Positions 1 through 12,821 of a stretch of 64,000 nucleotides of DNA are shown piece by piece (positions within the stretch are counted from its first letter, which is position 1; the number at the start of each line of letters is the position of its first letter). The stretch comes from Flaccisagitta enflata. Taxonomy: Eukaryota. Position numbers and translations under genes: made by a program. The notes under the pieces were generated by a model, which saw only the letters and a list, made by a program, of their open reading frames with translations, did not search any database and had not been told where the DNA came from. The stretch lies in assembly GCA_965153355.1 (NCBI GenBank), contig OZ231126.1, positions 34,844,001-34,908,000 of the forward strand. The letters run 5' to 3'.

Positions 1-1480
1 CAAATCTATCCTCGAGAGCTGGAAGAGCATGCCTCTCAACTGAGCTGAATTTCAACCTGAGTATGGTTCCATCATTTGTTTATACAGATTTTGAAAGATA
101 CTTTAAAGAGCCAAATGAGTTGGTCTAGGTTACTGATCCAACAGAATGCCAAGAAGTGGCCCCATCAAATGATAGCCAACAAGAACTTCTTCAGTCCATT
201 CATAATGAACTTTAGAGGAAGGAAGCAGGGAGTGAAGGAGTTTGGCCACTTCATTTTGACATTTTGTGTCAAGATCCAGATATGCCATAAGACTGTCCTT
301 CATTTCAAGGACTTTGAGGGATGGTTTGCATTGGCGACCAAAATTCATTAGTATTGCATCATTTCTGCATCTATTTTTGAGAAAAAAATTGATTTTTTTT
401 TTTGTCAATTCTTAGACTGGCAGGGCTCTTTCACTATTTCAGGCACACTTACTAGTTTAAGATAAAAAAAATAGTTAAATAAAAAAGTAAAAACATTTTT
501 TTTGCAAAAAATTGATGAAAAAAACGTCAAAAATCATAGAAAAATCAGTTTTTTAAGCGATCCCAGGGGTTTTTTTTAACCTATCGAGCTGAAAAAAGTT
601 TCTAACATCTTCTCTAAGCCCTACTCACATGTTAATTGGGTAGCAAGAGTGATATTTTGAAAATAGTGATTTTCTCCTGAATCTTGTACTCCCTTAATAT
701 AGTTGCATATACCCCCCGGCAGGGGGGAGAATAAAATCAAAGGATTTGGAAATGGGGAAGAAAATCAAAGGGTAGAAAAACTAAAAACAGAAAAATATGG
801 AAAATATTACACTTTTGACAGTACTTAAATGTAATATTTAGTCACCACAACACTAACTTTTACTATTAAAACCAAAATATTATTATATTATATTGGGGGT
901 ATATGGGGAAGAAAATCAAGTGTAATTCGACCCTGCGGGGAAGAAAACCAAAGGACCAGGGGGGGGGGAAAGAAATCAAAGGTCGTGCAACTATATACAT
1001 CCCTGCCTAGTTTTTGAAATATTTTTGACTTGACTTGAATGAAATTTACACTGTGAAAAAAACTGAAAATATCCCAAAGTGTCATTCAAATAGATAAAAT
1101 TCAACCTCAGTTCGCCTAATTTTGTCAGGGGTGTTAAAAGGCTGTGTGATACTCCATACACATGCCCCTTTCTTTGTTTCAGACTTTGGAGAAATTTTGA
1201 CTAATTGTAAATTATGACGCTTTTGTAAGTTTCCTTTAAAGGGACTCCTTTTACCAATCATTTCAAATCCCCATATGTATCTATGCACCCCCCTCTGGAT
1301 AGCCCCCAAGAGAAAAACCAAAAAACTGTTTCTGGGGACCCCAAGAACTATCATCTAGGAGGTCTTGGCTACCTAAAACAACATCAAACTAAATCATTTG
1401 AATGCAAAATTTTGATATAAGTCATTTTTTTTGCAAAAAACAAGCATTTTTTAGTATATTTGGCACTTTCTGTTCAAGTA

Positions 1481-2211
1481 CAATACCTTCCGAGCAAACC
1501 CGGTTAAAACTGGAGGATTAATTTTTGTTACTTTAATTTCATTTCCCAGACTTTATTTTTTGCATCAAACTTAATTAAAAGATACTTAATTCCTTGAACA
1601 TATTTGGCAGTCAAAAAAAATAACTCGTGAAATCAAAGTGCATGAAGACATCAATATTGAGTGTTCTAACCCAGACCATTGGCAGAAAATTTTACCTATT
1701 AGCAGAAAATTTTACCATTTGGCAGAAAATTTTACCTATTGGCAGAAAATTTTACCATTTGGCAGAAAATTTTACCATTTGGCAGAAAATTTTACCATTT
1801 GGCAGAAAATTTTACCTATCCTAGACTACAAGAACAGCTCAGTCAGACAATTATTTCAGATTTTATGGCTATATAAGTTTTTAAGGACAATTGTCCTAAA
1901 TTATTTTGAGACAATTGTCCTTAAAAACTTTAAATGGATGTAAAATCTGAAATAATTATCTGACTGAGCTGTTCTTGTAGTCTAGGATAGGTAAAATTTT
2001 CTGCCAAATCTAATGGTCGGGGTTAGAACACTCAATATTGATGTCTTCATGCACTTTGATTTCACGAGTTATTTTTTTTGACAGCCAAATATGTTCAAGG
2101 AATTAAGTATCTTTTAATCAAGTTATGTACAAAAAATGAAGTTTGGGAAATGAAATTAAAGTAACAAAAATTAATCCTCCAGTTTTAGCCGGGTTTGCTC
2201 GGAAGGTACTG
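1481..2211. mobile_element. Palindromic Tc1/mariner-type MITE
   Basis: TA|CA(A/G)TACCTTCCG termini, TA TSD, inverted symmetry centred near 1903; 20-bp array in the left arm. Confidence 0.85.
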
Positions 2212-2758
2212 TAGCTTCAAAAACTTTTGAAAATGTCTAAAATGTGTAGGGATACCTATTATACAATTGCTTTTACCATTTCAAGCTAGTTTTGGTAAAT
2301 ATTTTAAAGATTAGAGTAAAAAAATAGCAAAGAAACAGCAAATTAAGCTCTTTTTTAACATTTTTTCCGCCTAAAATTGTTCTAGCTACTTCAAAAAGCC
2401 TGTTAACTATAATAAGTGTGTGGGAATAGTTGAACTACATAAAGTTTGAATTTTTTAGCAATTTTAATAAAGTATCTATCACTTAAAAGTTTAAAGAATG
2501 ACTTAAAAACAGTAACTTTAGGTATTTTTTGATATTTTCCAGCCTCATCATGATCAAATTGCTTCTTAATTATTTTGTTAAAATAACAATATATAGTATA
2601 TGTATTTTCATAGGTATCTAACTATTATGTATATTTTTACATATATTTTACTTTTTCGTAGTTTTAATCGCGGACACGCAACTACACCTTGCTGTGTTGG
2701 TCGGTAGGTTGGTCCCTCCATCCTGTTTAATTATATTCGAAATAAGATTCAATCTTGA

Positions 2759-3257
2759 AATAGTCGCAAAAGCGTTAGGTGGTCAGCGGTACCCGTGCCC
2801 TGCTTAAGTAGGTTGAGGTTTAAGTTGAGGGGGGAGCAGGGCAGCGGCCCCGAAGGGGTCGATGACCTATTCTTCTCCGCACCCCCCCTCCCCCCAGCCT
2901 CCAGGCCCATATCTCAGCCTGGAGGCCCATATCCCAGCCTGGAGGCCCAAATCCCAGTCTTGAGGCTCAAATCCCATCCTCAAGGCCAAAATCTCTACCC
3001 CAAGGCCCAGATTCCAGTCATGAGGCCCAAATCCCTAGAGAGTGGAATCTGGGCCTTGGGGTTGAGATTTTGGCCTTGAGGATGGGATTTGAGCCTCAAG
3101 ACTGGGACTTGGGCCTCCAGGCTGGGATATGGGCCTCCAGGCTGAGATATGGGCCTGGAGGCTGGGGGGAGGGGGGGTACGAAGAAGAAGGAGGAGAAAA
3201 TTCCCCATATGTGTGAAAGCATAGGTCATCGACCCCTTCGGGGCCGCTGCCCAAAAA
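2759..3257 (-). mobile_element. Helentron-associated-like element, family 2 (GGGCAGCGGCCCC), representative copy
   Basis: AATAGTCGCAAAAGCG hairpin end, TGGTCAGCGGTACC, inverted GGGCAGCGGCCCC...GGGGCCGCTGCCC-AAAA, 21-bp central repeats. Related copies in 17790-20170, 23748-27270, 53350-56160, 60645-61327, 62510-62978. Confidence 0.65.
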
Positions 3258-5120
3258 TGGGTGGGCAGGGGTTGTTTTTGAAGTCACCCTACCATTTGGG
3301 CAGGAGCAGTGGGGCCAAGGACTGCAAAAAAACACAAAAAAAGTAAAGTGTGATGGACGGACTGACCAAAGGACGGACAGACCGATGGACCAATGGACGG
3401 AAGCGGGGTGTAGAGTCGCGTAGCATGCGACTAAAAAACCTGTATCCTATAATTTTTTTACCATTTGTAGTGAATTATATATAAAAATTTAGATAATATA
3501 TATATTCACACCTTTATAAAATAGTTTGAGGGTATTTAAACATCAAAAACTTTAAATTACTAAAAAACTCACCTGAATTTACTGAATTTGAATTTAACAA
3601 CATCTATTTGAAAACCCATGACAAGAACCCATGACAAGAACACAGTCGCAAAGAATGTGAAACATATCAAAGTAGGCATGTTAAGGAGGGGGGGAGAAAC
3701 ACGGGTTCATTTACAATGTTCTCGTCTTCACTGAATTTGAGAGATCTTTTTTTCAATTTCAAGCCGACGTCGCGTCTGTCGCATGAGTCTAGACAAAAGC
3801 GTAGTCCCGCTCCGCTTTTAACATGAGTTTACTGTTTTCAAGTCATTTTTTTTACTTTTAAGTGATAGATATTTCATTATTATAGTTAAAAAAGTCAAAA
3901 CTACATGTAGTCCAACTATATATACTATATATAGTTTACAGGCTTTTTGAGATAGCTACAACAAGTTTAGGGAGAAAAAATGTTAAAAAAGAGCTTAATT
4001 TGCTGTTATTTTGCTATTTTTTGCTCTAATCTTTAAAATATTAACTAAAACTAGCTTGAAATGGTAAAAGCAGTTGTATATTAGGCATCCCTACACTGTT
4101 CAGATATTTTCTTAAGTTTTGGAAGCTATGTGAACAGAAGAAGTGCCAAATATGCTAAAAATGCTTGATTTTTACAAAAAAAATGACTTATATCAAAATT
4201 TTGCATTCAAATGATTTAGTCTGCTGTTGTTTTGGGTAGCTAAGACATCCTTGATGATAGTTCTTGGGGTCCCCAGAAATGGTTTTTTGGTTTTTCTTTT
4301 GGGGGCTATCCAGAGGGGGGTGTATGTGTCTCAATGGACGGACGGGCGGACACACCCTCTTAAAGCGATGCGAGGACGCATTTTTATTTAAAAGTGGTCG
4401 GGACAAGCGAATCTACATGTGTTGGTCGGTCAGTCCGCCAGTGCCCTTTTAAATCGCTTCAGTCGCTTGCAAAGCGATTCTACTAGTGATGGCTATCGCC
4501 GTGAGGAAAAAAGTCGTAAGCATTGGCCATTTTCTACTATGTCTTTGTCTTCAGTCGCTGTTATTTTTTTTCTTTGCTTGTCAAATTATATCAAAAGCAT
4601 TCGCATTTGTTGATAGCAGTGAAAATCACAGAAAAATTGGATTGAGCCAAAAGAGCTAGATAAGCTAAAATACTTAGAATTATTCACACAGATAACCATT
4701 TATGTTTACTGATATGCTGTCTTGTATTTGCGAGCTAAAACAATTATCAAAGCGGTTATTTATTTTTTGTCGCCTGAATGCAACTAAAACCCGCTTTGTC
4801 CGTCTATCTATATGTCCATCAATCTGTCCATTGTCTGGTTGGTCAGTTTGTTGGTTGGTTGGTCTGTCGATCGTGTTTTATTTTTCTGATGATTTTATTT
4901 CTTTAACTTTACTGCTCTTGCCCAAATGGTCTAGTGACCTCCAATATGGCCCCTGCCCACCCCCACCCAACTTGGAAAGCCGTGAATCAGGCCCTGTTCA
5001 TGTTTAAAATCAGAAAAAAAAAACCTGAGCTTAATAAGCTAAATAAGAACTCAAAAACACCTATGTCACAGTGCAGACAAAGAAAGTTTAATGAGCCATC
5101 ATATTTTTTTGACTGTTTAA

Positions 5121-5703
5121 CACCCTGAGCAGGAAATTTGGCACAAGTCCAATAAAACAATTGATAACTGTTCAAAATAGATAAAATCTGTCCAAAATAT
5201 GGCTGGAATGCAAAAATATTGTTATTATAAATACGTAAGAGTCAAAAAGCAGTAAATATCAATTTATTTGAATGTCAAATAGGGTCTATAAGCCGCAGAT
5301 TTGACAATTTTGTCTTTGATCAAGCAAAAAGATAGATGATAACTTGTCAGTTGATTTTGCAGATTTTGGCGTGGATCCGGTGCTGCACAGCATTGAGGGA
5401 CTCAACTTAGTAACCCCCTGCATACACTGCTTGCTTCAGACCACCCCAGTAGTTCTAAAATGGCCTCAAGTATAAGTGTTTCCCTTCATCAAATTTTGCT
5501 GGTAAAAACCCATCAAAATCTAACACCGCATTTCTAGTTTGAAGCTTTCTATGGCAGAGAGTGGTTGCATGACTGATCAACGGCGCATTCTTACGTCCAG
5601 TAGAGCTAGTCAGGAGGTTATGTTTCAAATTTTAACTCACTGGGCCATCTAGAAATATCGTTTTTGTGTCAATACGTTTGTGCCAAATTTCCTTCACAAG
5701 GTG
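5121..5703. mobile_element. piggyBac-like MITE
   Basis: TTAA on both sides; 26-bp imperfect TIR CACCYTGWGMAGGAAATTTGGCACAA. Confidence 0.7.
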
Positions 5704-6043
5704 TTAATATCATGAAATGATAATTTTTTAAACTAAAAATAGGTTTATTCATTTTTATTTATGATATTTTTGCATGAAAGATAATTGATATCTCACTTGA
5801 ATGTAAGACGCACTGAAAATTAAACCGGAAGAACTTACCCAGAGGACATAGTTACCATTTCCATCACTGATTTTGCTCCAATCAATACCTCTATCATTTT
5901 TTTCCAACCTTGACATGTTAAGTTATTAAGAATCTCCATTCTGTAATCGCCAAATGAGATAAATGCATTATGATTGAGAGAAATTCGATAATAAAGTGCA
6001 AAAAAAGTGAAGAAATTATTGACAATCATCTCATTCATGCTTA

Positions 6044-6182
6044 GACAGAATTACAAATTTGCATAGAAAATCAAAATATCAACAAAATAAGAACATAGCG
6101 CGCTCAGTACATGATTTAGGAATCGCGCTATGTTCTTATTTTGTTGACATTTTGATTCTTTATGCAAATTTGTAATTCTGTG
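6044..6182. mobile_element. ~140-bp hairpin MITE
   Basis: ~57-bp near-perfect inverted arms with a ~20-nt loop, TA flanks. Confidence 0.7.
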
Positions 6183-8482
6183 TAGGTCATGGTAGAATTA
6201 CAAATCAAACCCTTCTATGTTTTGTCCTATTTTTCAACGATAAAATGAGAAGTTTAGAGGTCAAAACTGGCATGTGAAAGTTTATCCATGCAAAATATAT
6301 CGATTCACAACTGTATTGAAAACACCCAAGAAAAAAATTTCCCGCAATTTAATTTTATAAAAATCATGATTCATTGGGCATGGGTAGCAAATTCTATGCT
6401 AATTTTCAGTGCGACGTAAAAAAAATAAAGATAAAGACGCAAAAATTGTGGATTTATAAAGAAAATTTGATTTCCCAATCGGAGTTGTCTTAGGTGAAAT
6501 TCTAAGCCGGCTCCCCATAAGATAAATTTGCATTTCTAAAAACACAGCCTCATTCCAAAAACATGAAAGAATGGAGATAGTGTAAAAATTTCACCCAACT
6601 GCTTCCTAAATTCTCGCCACTATATTTTTAGGGAATTCTTGCAAATGAGTGTTTGTTTCTGTCTCTCATCAATGCAATATCAAGTTTCTTGGTTTGTTTT
6701 TATTTCCAAGCATTGTATATGTAAATAATGAAACTAAAAAAACAAAGTATACTTTGAAATATAGTTTGAATTTCTTTAAAAAAAATCTTTGAAAAATTAC
6801 AGTGCGACTTATAAAAAAAGTTACAAATTTCAGTATAGTTTTACATAGTTTATATTTAACAAATCTTATTGTTATTCATGAGCATTTTAAATAGCTTCAA
6901 AAAATTAACAATTTGCTACCAGTCTCATGGAATTTGATCAATTTGTTTGGATTTTAGGTTAAAATGAAGACAAATGTATCAAAACCTAAGTGGGAAAACA
7001 ACAGATTTTCTTTTATAGCTTGTAAATGATAAATTTTATTAAAACTATTTTAATTTGGAAACCAATTGAGCTAGTAACTCCAGAAACGGTCAACAGATTT
7101 TTCATAGGGCTTTCTCAATGTCATTGATTTCGATAGGTTTTTAGTTGATTTGAACCTTTTATGAATGATAAATGAGGGAATTTTTTTATCACACAAATTT
7201 TAAAAAATATTGATAGTTTTCTTCTCTCAAAATATCCATGTTTGAATAAAAAAAGTAAACAAACTCAGTGACCATTTGAAAGATTTTCAAATGATCTTTC
7301 GTTCTAGGCCAATCCCAGCCTCCTAGCTTTATTTGTTTGGCAATGACATTCATTTGAAGTAAAATAGGTACATTTTGGTGATGCGCCTTTTCAAACTTGA
7401 GAATGAATACTCTTCCGTCTTTTCTTTTCTGCATCTATACAAATTAAGCTAGAAATGTGAGATTGGCGGCAAATGAAAGCTCTCTTGAATATCTTTCGAA
7501 TGGTCTATGGTTTCAATTGGTTTCTTGCACTGCTAATGACAAAAATCAAATAAAAAAGGTCCCTTATTAATACTTTTTGAAGAATTCATAGTTCAGACAC
7601 AGATTCTGGCACCATTATCTTCTTTTTATCATAAAATCTGAAATAATTGATGAAAACTCATGGGATTTATGACATTCGCTTCATTTGATGGCACTTTCCA
7701 TTTCTCACAAAAAGAATATTGAAAAGTCATTTTTTTTCAAAAGAATATCTTTTAGAACAGCTGTGATCTGTTTTATGGTTCACAGTGTACATGGAAAAAA
7801 TATTAGTAAAGCATTACGCTTGGCGTCAAAAGAAAGTTATCAAATCTACTTTCACCATCAATAATATTTGAGACCTCAATCAGCTAAATGAAGCTAAAAC
7901 TTTTTTTTTTGGAAAAAAGTTGAAGTCAGTCTTTGACTTTTTGACATATTCGAGACAAATAGGGTTTTTATTTTCTTTTTAGGAAGTTCTGAATCTTCAC
8001 CAAGCGAATGTGCCGAATGTGGCCTCCAATGAGAGATAAATAAATGTTTTGATAGGAGCATATAAATACAAAAAGGCATGTCAGTGAGCACAGCTGATTG
8101 TCTGGTTGAGTGATTTTGAGCATTTTAGCTCATCTAGCTCATTTGTCTCAGTAATATTTTTCTCTGATTTTCAGTGCAATCAATACATACAATTGCTTTT
8201 GATTTTATCTAATAGAAAAAAAGATTTGCAGTGACTAAAAACAAAAGCTTGGTGAAAAGTGACCAATGCTTACGACTTTTTTCCTTACGGCGACAGCCGC
8301 TATTACTGGTAAGAAAATAACAAGGCCGTATGCACAGCAGCATAAGTCGCGGACGGGTGGGCAGGAGCGGAAAACCTCGAAAAAGAGCTTTGTGACCGAC
8401 CGACAGACTGACCGACGGACCGACAGAAAAGTGGGTTATAGAGTGGCGTGTCCGCGACTAAAAGCCATATTTGGTCTACGTC

Positions 8483-9018
8483 TAGGAGACGGCCGCACTA
8501 AGTTTAAACCTTTCCAATCATAGCTAAATCACCAATTTCAACACGGTTGAACAATTGGATGGGTTGGAATTGGGTTTAGGGGTAGGGTTGGGTTTAGGGG
8601 TAGGGTTGAGTTAAGGGGTAGGAATGGGTTTAGGGATAAGGTTAGGTTTAGGAGTAGGGTTGGGTTTAGGGGTAGGGTTGGGTTTAGAGGTAGGGTTGGG
8701 TTTAGGGGTAGGGTTGGGTTAAGGGGTAGGTTTGAGATTAGGGGTAGGGTCGGGCTTAAGGGTAGGGTTGGGCTTAGGGGTAGGGTAGTCTAGGGCTAGG
8801 GTTGAGATTAGGGGTAGGGTTGAGTTTAGGGGTAGGGTTGGGTTAAGGGGTAGGGTTGGGTTTAGGACTTTAGGGGTAGGGTTGGGTTTAGGGGTAGGGT
8901 TGGGTTTAGGGGTATGGTTGGGTTTAGGGGTAGGGATGTCACTAAAAATTCATTGTAAGAGTGGCATCGCATGAATAAATGCGAAAATGAACATTTACGT
9001 AACTGCGGCCGTCTCCTA
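8483..9018. mobile_element. TIR element carrying a telomere-like G-rich array
   Basis: 15-bp perfect IR TAGGAGACGGCCGCA; ~20 units of GGGTAGGGTTGGGTTTAG at ~8571-8935. Confidence 0.65.
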
Positions 9019-9384
9019 CACCTTTGCCCCGTATTTCTCTGGAATAGGTAAAACAGAAAAATGTCATAATGATTTGAAGCCTTGATGTTCTTATAAACTA
9101 GGTTCTTATCAAAAAACAAGAGACGCGGGGTCACAATATCGTTGCGGAAAGTTGAGCAGGGGCATCCAACCCCCATCGACACCCCAACTCCCACCCACAC
9201 ACAAACAGACACATTAAGTATCCAAAACGCTCGTTTTTTCACTTTTTAACTCAATAATCACGGATCAACAGAGCAATGGACCGACGGACCAAACGATGCA
9301 CAACCCCTCTTACAGAATTGCGTATCCACAACTTAAAAGTGTACAAGCGCAACTAGGGGAAGGATTTTGTCCTCCAGTAGTTTT

Positions 9385-10260
9385 TGAGTTTTCCACGTTT
9401 TATCATTGAAAAGTACTTATCTCAGGCCAGGGGGAGACAGATGGATGGGTGGATGGAAAGAAAGACTTACAGACATATGGAAAGTCACTCCTGTGTTCCA
9501 CAGGACATTGTTCAAAAACTATCCACGTAGAGATGATCATACCGTGTTATGGTGGACTGTGCCGATGGACCAACCAATGAACCGACCGACCAATATTGCG
9601 ATGGATAGATGGGCTGACAGACCGATGGACCAATGTCTGTCACACCATCCATACTTCTCCAATGTTTGTCAAACCAAGAATTCTGTCACACAACCCAGAG
9701 TTCTCAAATGTCTGTTTCACCACCCGGAATTCTCTGATGTCTGTTATACAACCCAGAATTCTCCAATGTCTGTCACACAACCTAAATTTCTCCAATGTCT
9801 GTCACACAACCTGAGATTCTCCGATGTCTGTCACACAACCAAGAATTCTCTAATTAATGTCTGTCACACAACCCAGAATTTTTCATTAGCTGTCACACAA
9901 CTTAAATTTCTCCAATGACTGTCACAAGACCCAGAATTCTTCAATATCTGTCACATGACCCACAGTTCTTCAATTACATACATACATAACCCATTTTTCC
10001 ACGTTTTATCTTTGAAAAGTACTTATTTCAGGCTGGGGGGAGACAGACGGATGGGTGGATGGAAAGAAAGACTTACAGACATATGGCAAGTCACTCCTGT
10101 GTTCCACAGGACACTGTTCAAAAACTATCTGAGTTAGAGATGATCATACCGTGTTATGGTGGACTGTGCCAATGGACCAACCAACGAACCAACCAACCGA
10201 TATCGCGATAGATAGATGGGCTGACAGCTGGACGGACCGACATACCAAGGTGTAGAGTAG
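9385..10260. repeat. Direct duplication enclosing a ~31-bp tandem array
   Basis: ~9390-9630 repeated at ~9997-10230; TGTCTGTCACACAACCCAGAATTCTCCAA-type units at ~9633-9975. Confidence 0.75.
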
Positions 10261-10273
10261 CGTGGTATATGGG

Positions 10274-11037
10274 CTGAGGCGGATCACCCAATAGGCTTAA
10301 TAGGCTTAAGCCTAGGGCCCCGCGCCTCAGGGGGGCCCCGCGCCTGCCCCCCCCCAAAAAAAAAATTGAAAAAAAGAAGAGAAAGAAACAAAGAGAAAAA
10401 AAAATTAAGACAGTAACATAAGAAAAGAAATAAAGAAAAAAAGTAAAGAATAAAGCATGAGTAGAAGAAAAAAAAAGAAAAAAAAAAGGAAAACAGAAAA
10501 AAGATCATTAAGAATTGTGATCTGCATGAGTGTATTAGATGCTCAATGATGGTAAACAATTGCAGAGGTATTATTCAAAACAGAGATATAAAAAGATCAA
10601 TAACAAATATCTTGTACTTTTAAAAGAATAATTATATATTGAGCATGAATATGAATGGCATGAATGACATTATTAATTATGACAACAATTTTCAGATTTT
10701 TAAAGCCAGAAAATTTTTTTTATATTTTTTTTCAGTTCAACTAAAACTAAATGTTGTATGTTGCTTTATGCCTCATAATTAATCAGTGAAAGAATAATCA
10801 AATCTTTTTAATCAATAAACAGAAACATTGAATAATGTACAACAAATGTCATTGTAAAAATAGGAAAATGATATATAAGACGCCAAGGGATCTAAAATAG
10901 AGATGAAGGGGGGTCCACCTACCAGTCAAGCCTAAAGCCCCGCGCTTTGTTGATCTGCCTCAGGCTGATAGGGGGGGGGAGGGGGGCCCCGCGCCCCAGC
11001 CAAGCCTAGGGCCCCGCGCATTGTTGATCCGCCTCAG
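10274..11037. mobile_element. hAT-like MITE
   Basis: TIR CTGAGGCGGATCA, 8-bp TSD TATATGGG, subterminal GGGCCCCGCG motifs, duplicated right end at ~10925-10963. Confidence 0.8.
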
Positions 11038-11444
11038 TATATGGGCGTTCTAGGTCGTCACATGTAAATATTGGCTTTGTGATAACTTTGTTGAGTGGCT
11101 TTTGATTTCTTTCCCCCCCCCTCCCCTGGTCCTGGATCTCCTTCCCTGGCTGGTTGAATCATTTGATTTGATTTAATTTGATTTTCTGGTAAAATTTGAG
11201 TCAAAAACAGTTTAAACTTCTGTTGCAATAATCAAATGCAAATATCACCGTTTGGAACCACCAAAAGTGTTGTATCTTCAAAAAAATTTCAATTCTTTCT
11301 TTTTGAGCCTTGGATTTTTTCCCCCCATGTTCAAACCCTTTGATTTTATCCCCCAGTTTTTATTGCGTTTTTTTCTTTTCTTTATTGTGTGTATAACTTG
11401 TGACAAATATGACGGTTTAGTGTTTCTCTGTCTTCTTTTGACAG

Positions 11445-11774
11445 ATTTCAAAAATTCAAGACAATCTTAAAGCCAACAATATCAACATGAATAAAGAAAA
11501 ACAAGTCATGGACAAAAAAGTCTTGATAAAAGCAGTCTTGATAAAAGCACAACCTGAAATAAAGAGTGATCCGCCCTCAGACAAAAATGAGCCCATTGGT
11601 GTCCTCAAGGCAGGCAATGTTGGAGGTCAAGAGGATGAAGTTGATGATGAGACACAAGACAGCCAACTCTACAAGGAAAGAGAAATTGGCGACAGCGATT
11701 TTGTTGTTTTCAATTTACAGAAGACGTTTAAAAGTTTTAAAGCTGTAAACGGGCTGTCTTTTGTAGTACCCAAG
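11445..11774 (+). CDS. ABCA-subfamily transporter, internal exon 1 of window (linker and start of NBD)
   Basis: Acceptor tcttcttttgacag, donor AAG|gtaatt, phase 0-0. Translates ISKIQDNL...EDEVDDET...FVVFNLQKTFKSFKAVNGLSFVVPK; the end matches the ABCA 'L.K.Y...AV..LSF.V' motif preceding Walker A and joins in frame to the next exon. Confidence 0.85.
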
Positions 11775-12821
11775 GTAATTGTAAATGACCTTCGAGTGAA
11801 TCACCATCAGTGCACATTTGGTGCTTCTCATGAGTCATTCAGTACAATGGGAGTAATAACAGCTGTACAATGACTGCTTCCTGTAGTCTCACTGTTTGAA
11901 TGAAGAATCAAAAGCTTTAATTTTTTCAAAGCTGATAGTCTCAAATATTTAGTGAATATAAAATTCAAGTGATTTGAAAAAAAAAACTGATGATTGATTT
12001 CTCTTCATTGCATATGAAGCAATAGCTAAAAGGAATGTTGCGAAATTGCTCTTATCAGGATCACGGGTTCAAATCCAGAGAGGTGTGGGACTATTTTTCT
12101 ATCTGGTCAATTGGTCAAGAGTTACAGTTAGAGATACCAAACTATATTCACTCAAAGCTCTTAACCATTCGCTTTCAGAAAAAAAACATGATTGAAGTTT
12201 CTTCATTTGAATAGTGAAGAAATGACCCTCCATCTGAGGTCCTCATTGCTCCCATTGTACTGTAAGTCATGACCGCTGGGAAAATGGAACACTGTGGACC
12301 GATGGACAAACAACAATTTACCTTTATTGATTTTGAAGTCTGGGTGGGTCAAGTAAATGTAATTAATCTTGAGTCTTGAGTCAAATGAGTAACAGAAGGA
12401 CGGAGAGACAGAAGGACGGAGAGACCCTCTTATAAAGATACTATGACATTGCACAGAACAGTTAGGCTTAAGGTTGGTTTGTTGGGGATTTTGTTCATCA
12501 TAGATTTTTTGTAAAGTAATTGTGGTTTGAATTCTTGCATGGAACCTGCAGCCTGTAACATGCATTATGATATTGGTTGATTTCATTTTGTAATCAATAT
12601 GTGAAAATTCAAAGTGAAGGAATTTATGGATGAGTATGGTGGTTGTAAGAACCTTCTTCGTAGTAAATCATTCCCTGTGGACTGTGAAGGCTTTAATGGT
12701 TTGATTTGAAGCCTATGAAACTGAAAGTATATTCTAGACAGAATTTCTAGTTCGGTTTGGTTTTCTTTTGGTTGAGATTTAGTCTTAAAATACAAATAAA
12801 AAGTCTGTGGAGGTTGATTAT

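Larger units (their letters stand above)
1286..4322. mobile_element. Long-TIR (foldback) element with nested insertions
   Basis: CACCCCCCTCTGGATAGCCCCC end at 1286 is inverted at 4322; arms 1286-~2490 (interrupted by 1481-2211) pair with ~3855-4322; flanks TG/TA. Confidence 0.7.
4483..8309. mobile_element. Diverged TIR element with ~280-bp inverted arms
   Basis: 4483-~4770 is an imperfect reverse complement of ~8030-8309; TA on both flanks. Confidence 0.6.

Noticed and set aside
1676-1820. CRISPR-like regular repeats (also 9633-9975, 63481-63860)
   Set aside because: Head-to-tail units with no unique spacers, no cas genes, eukaryotic intron context.
8571-8935. True telomere or fusion site
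   Set aside because: 18-bp higher-order unit, single orientation, enclosed by an IR inside an intron.
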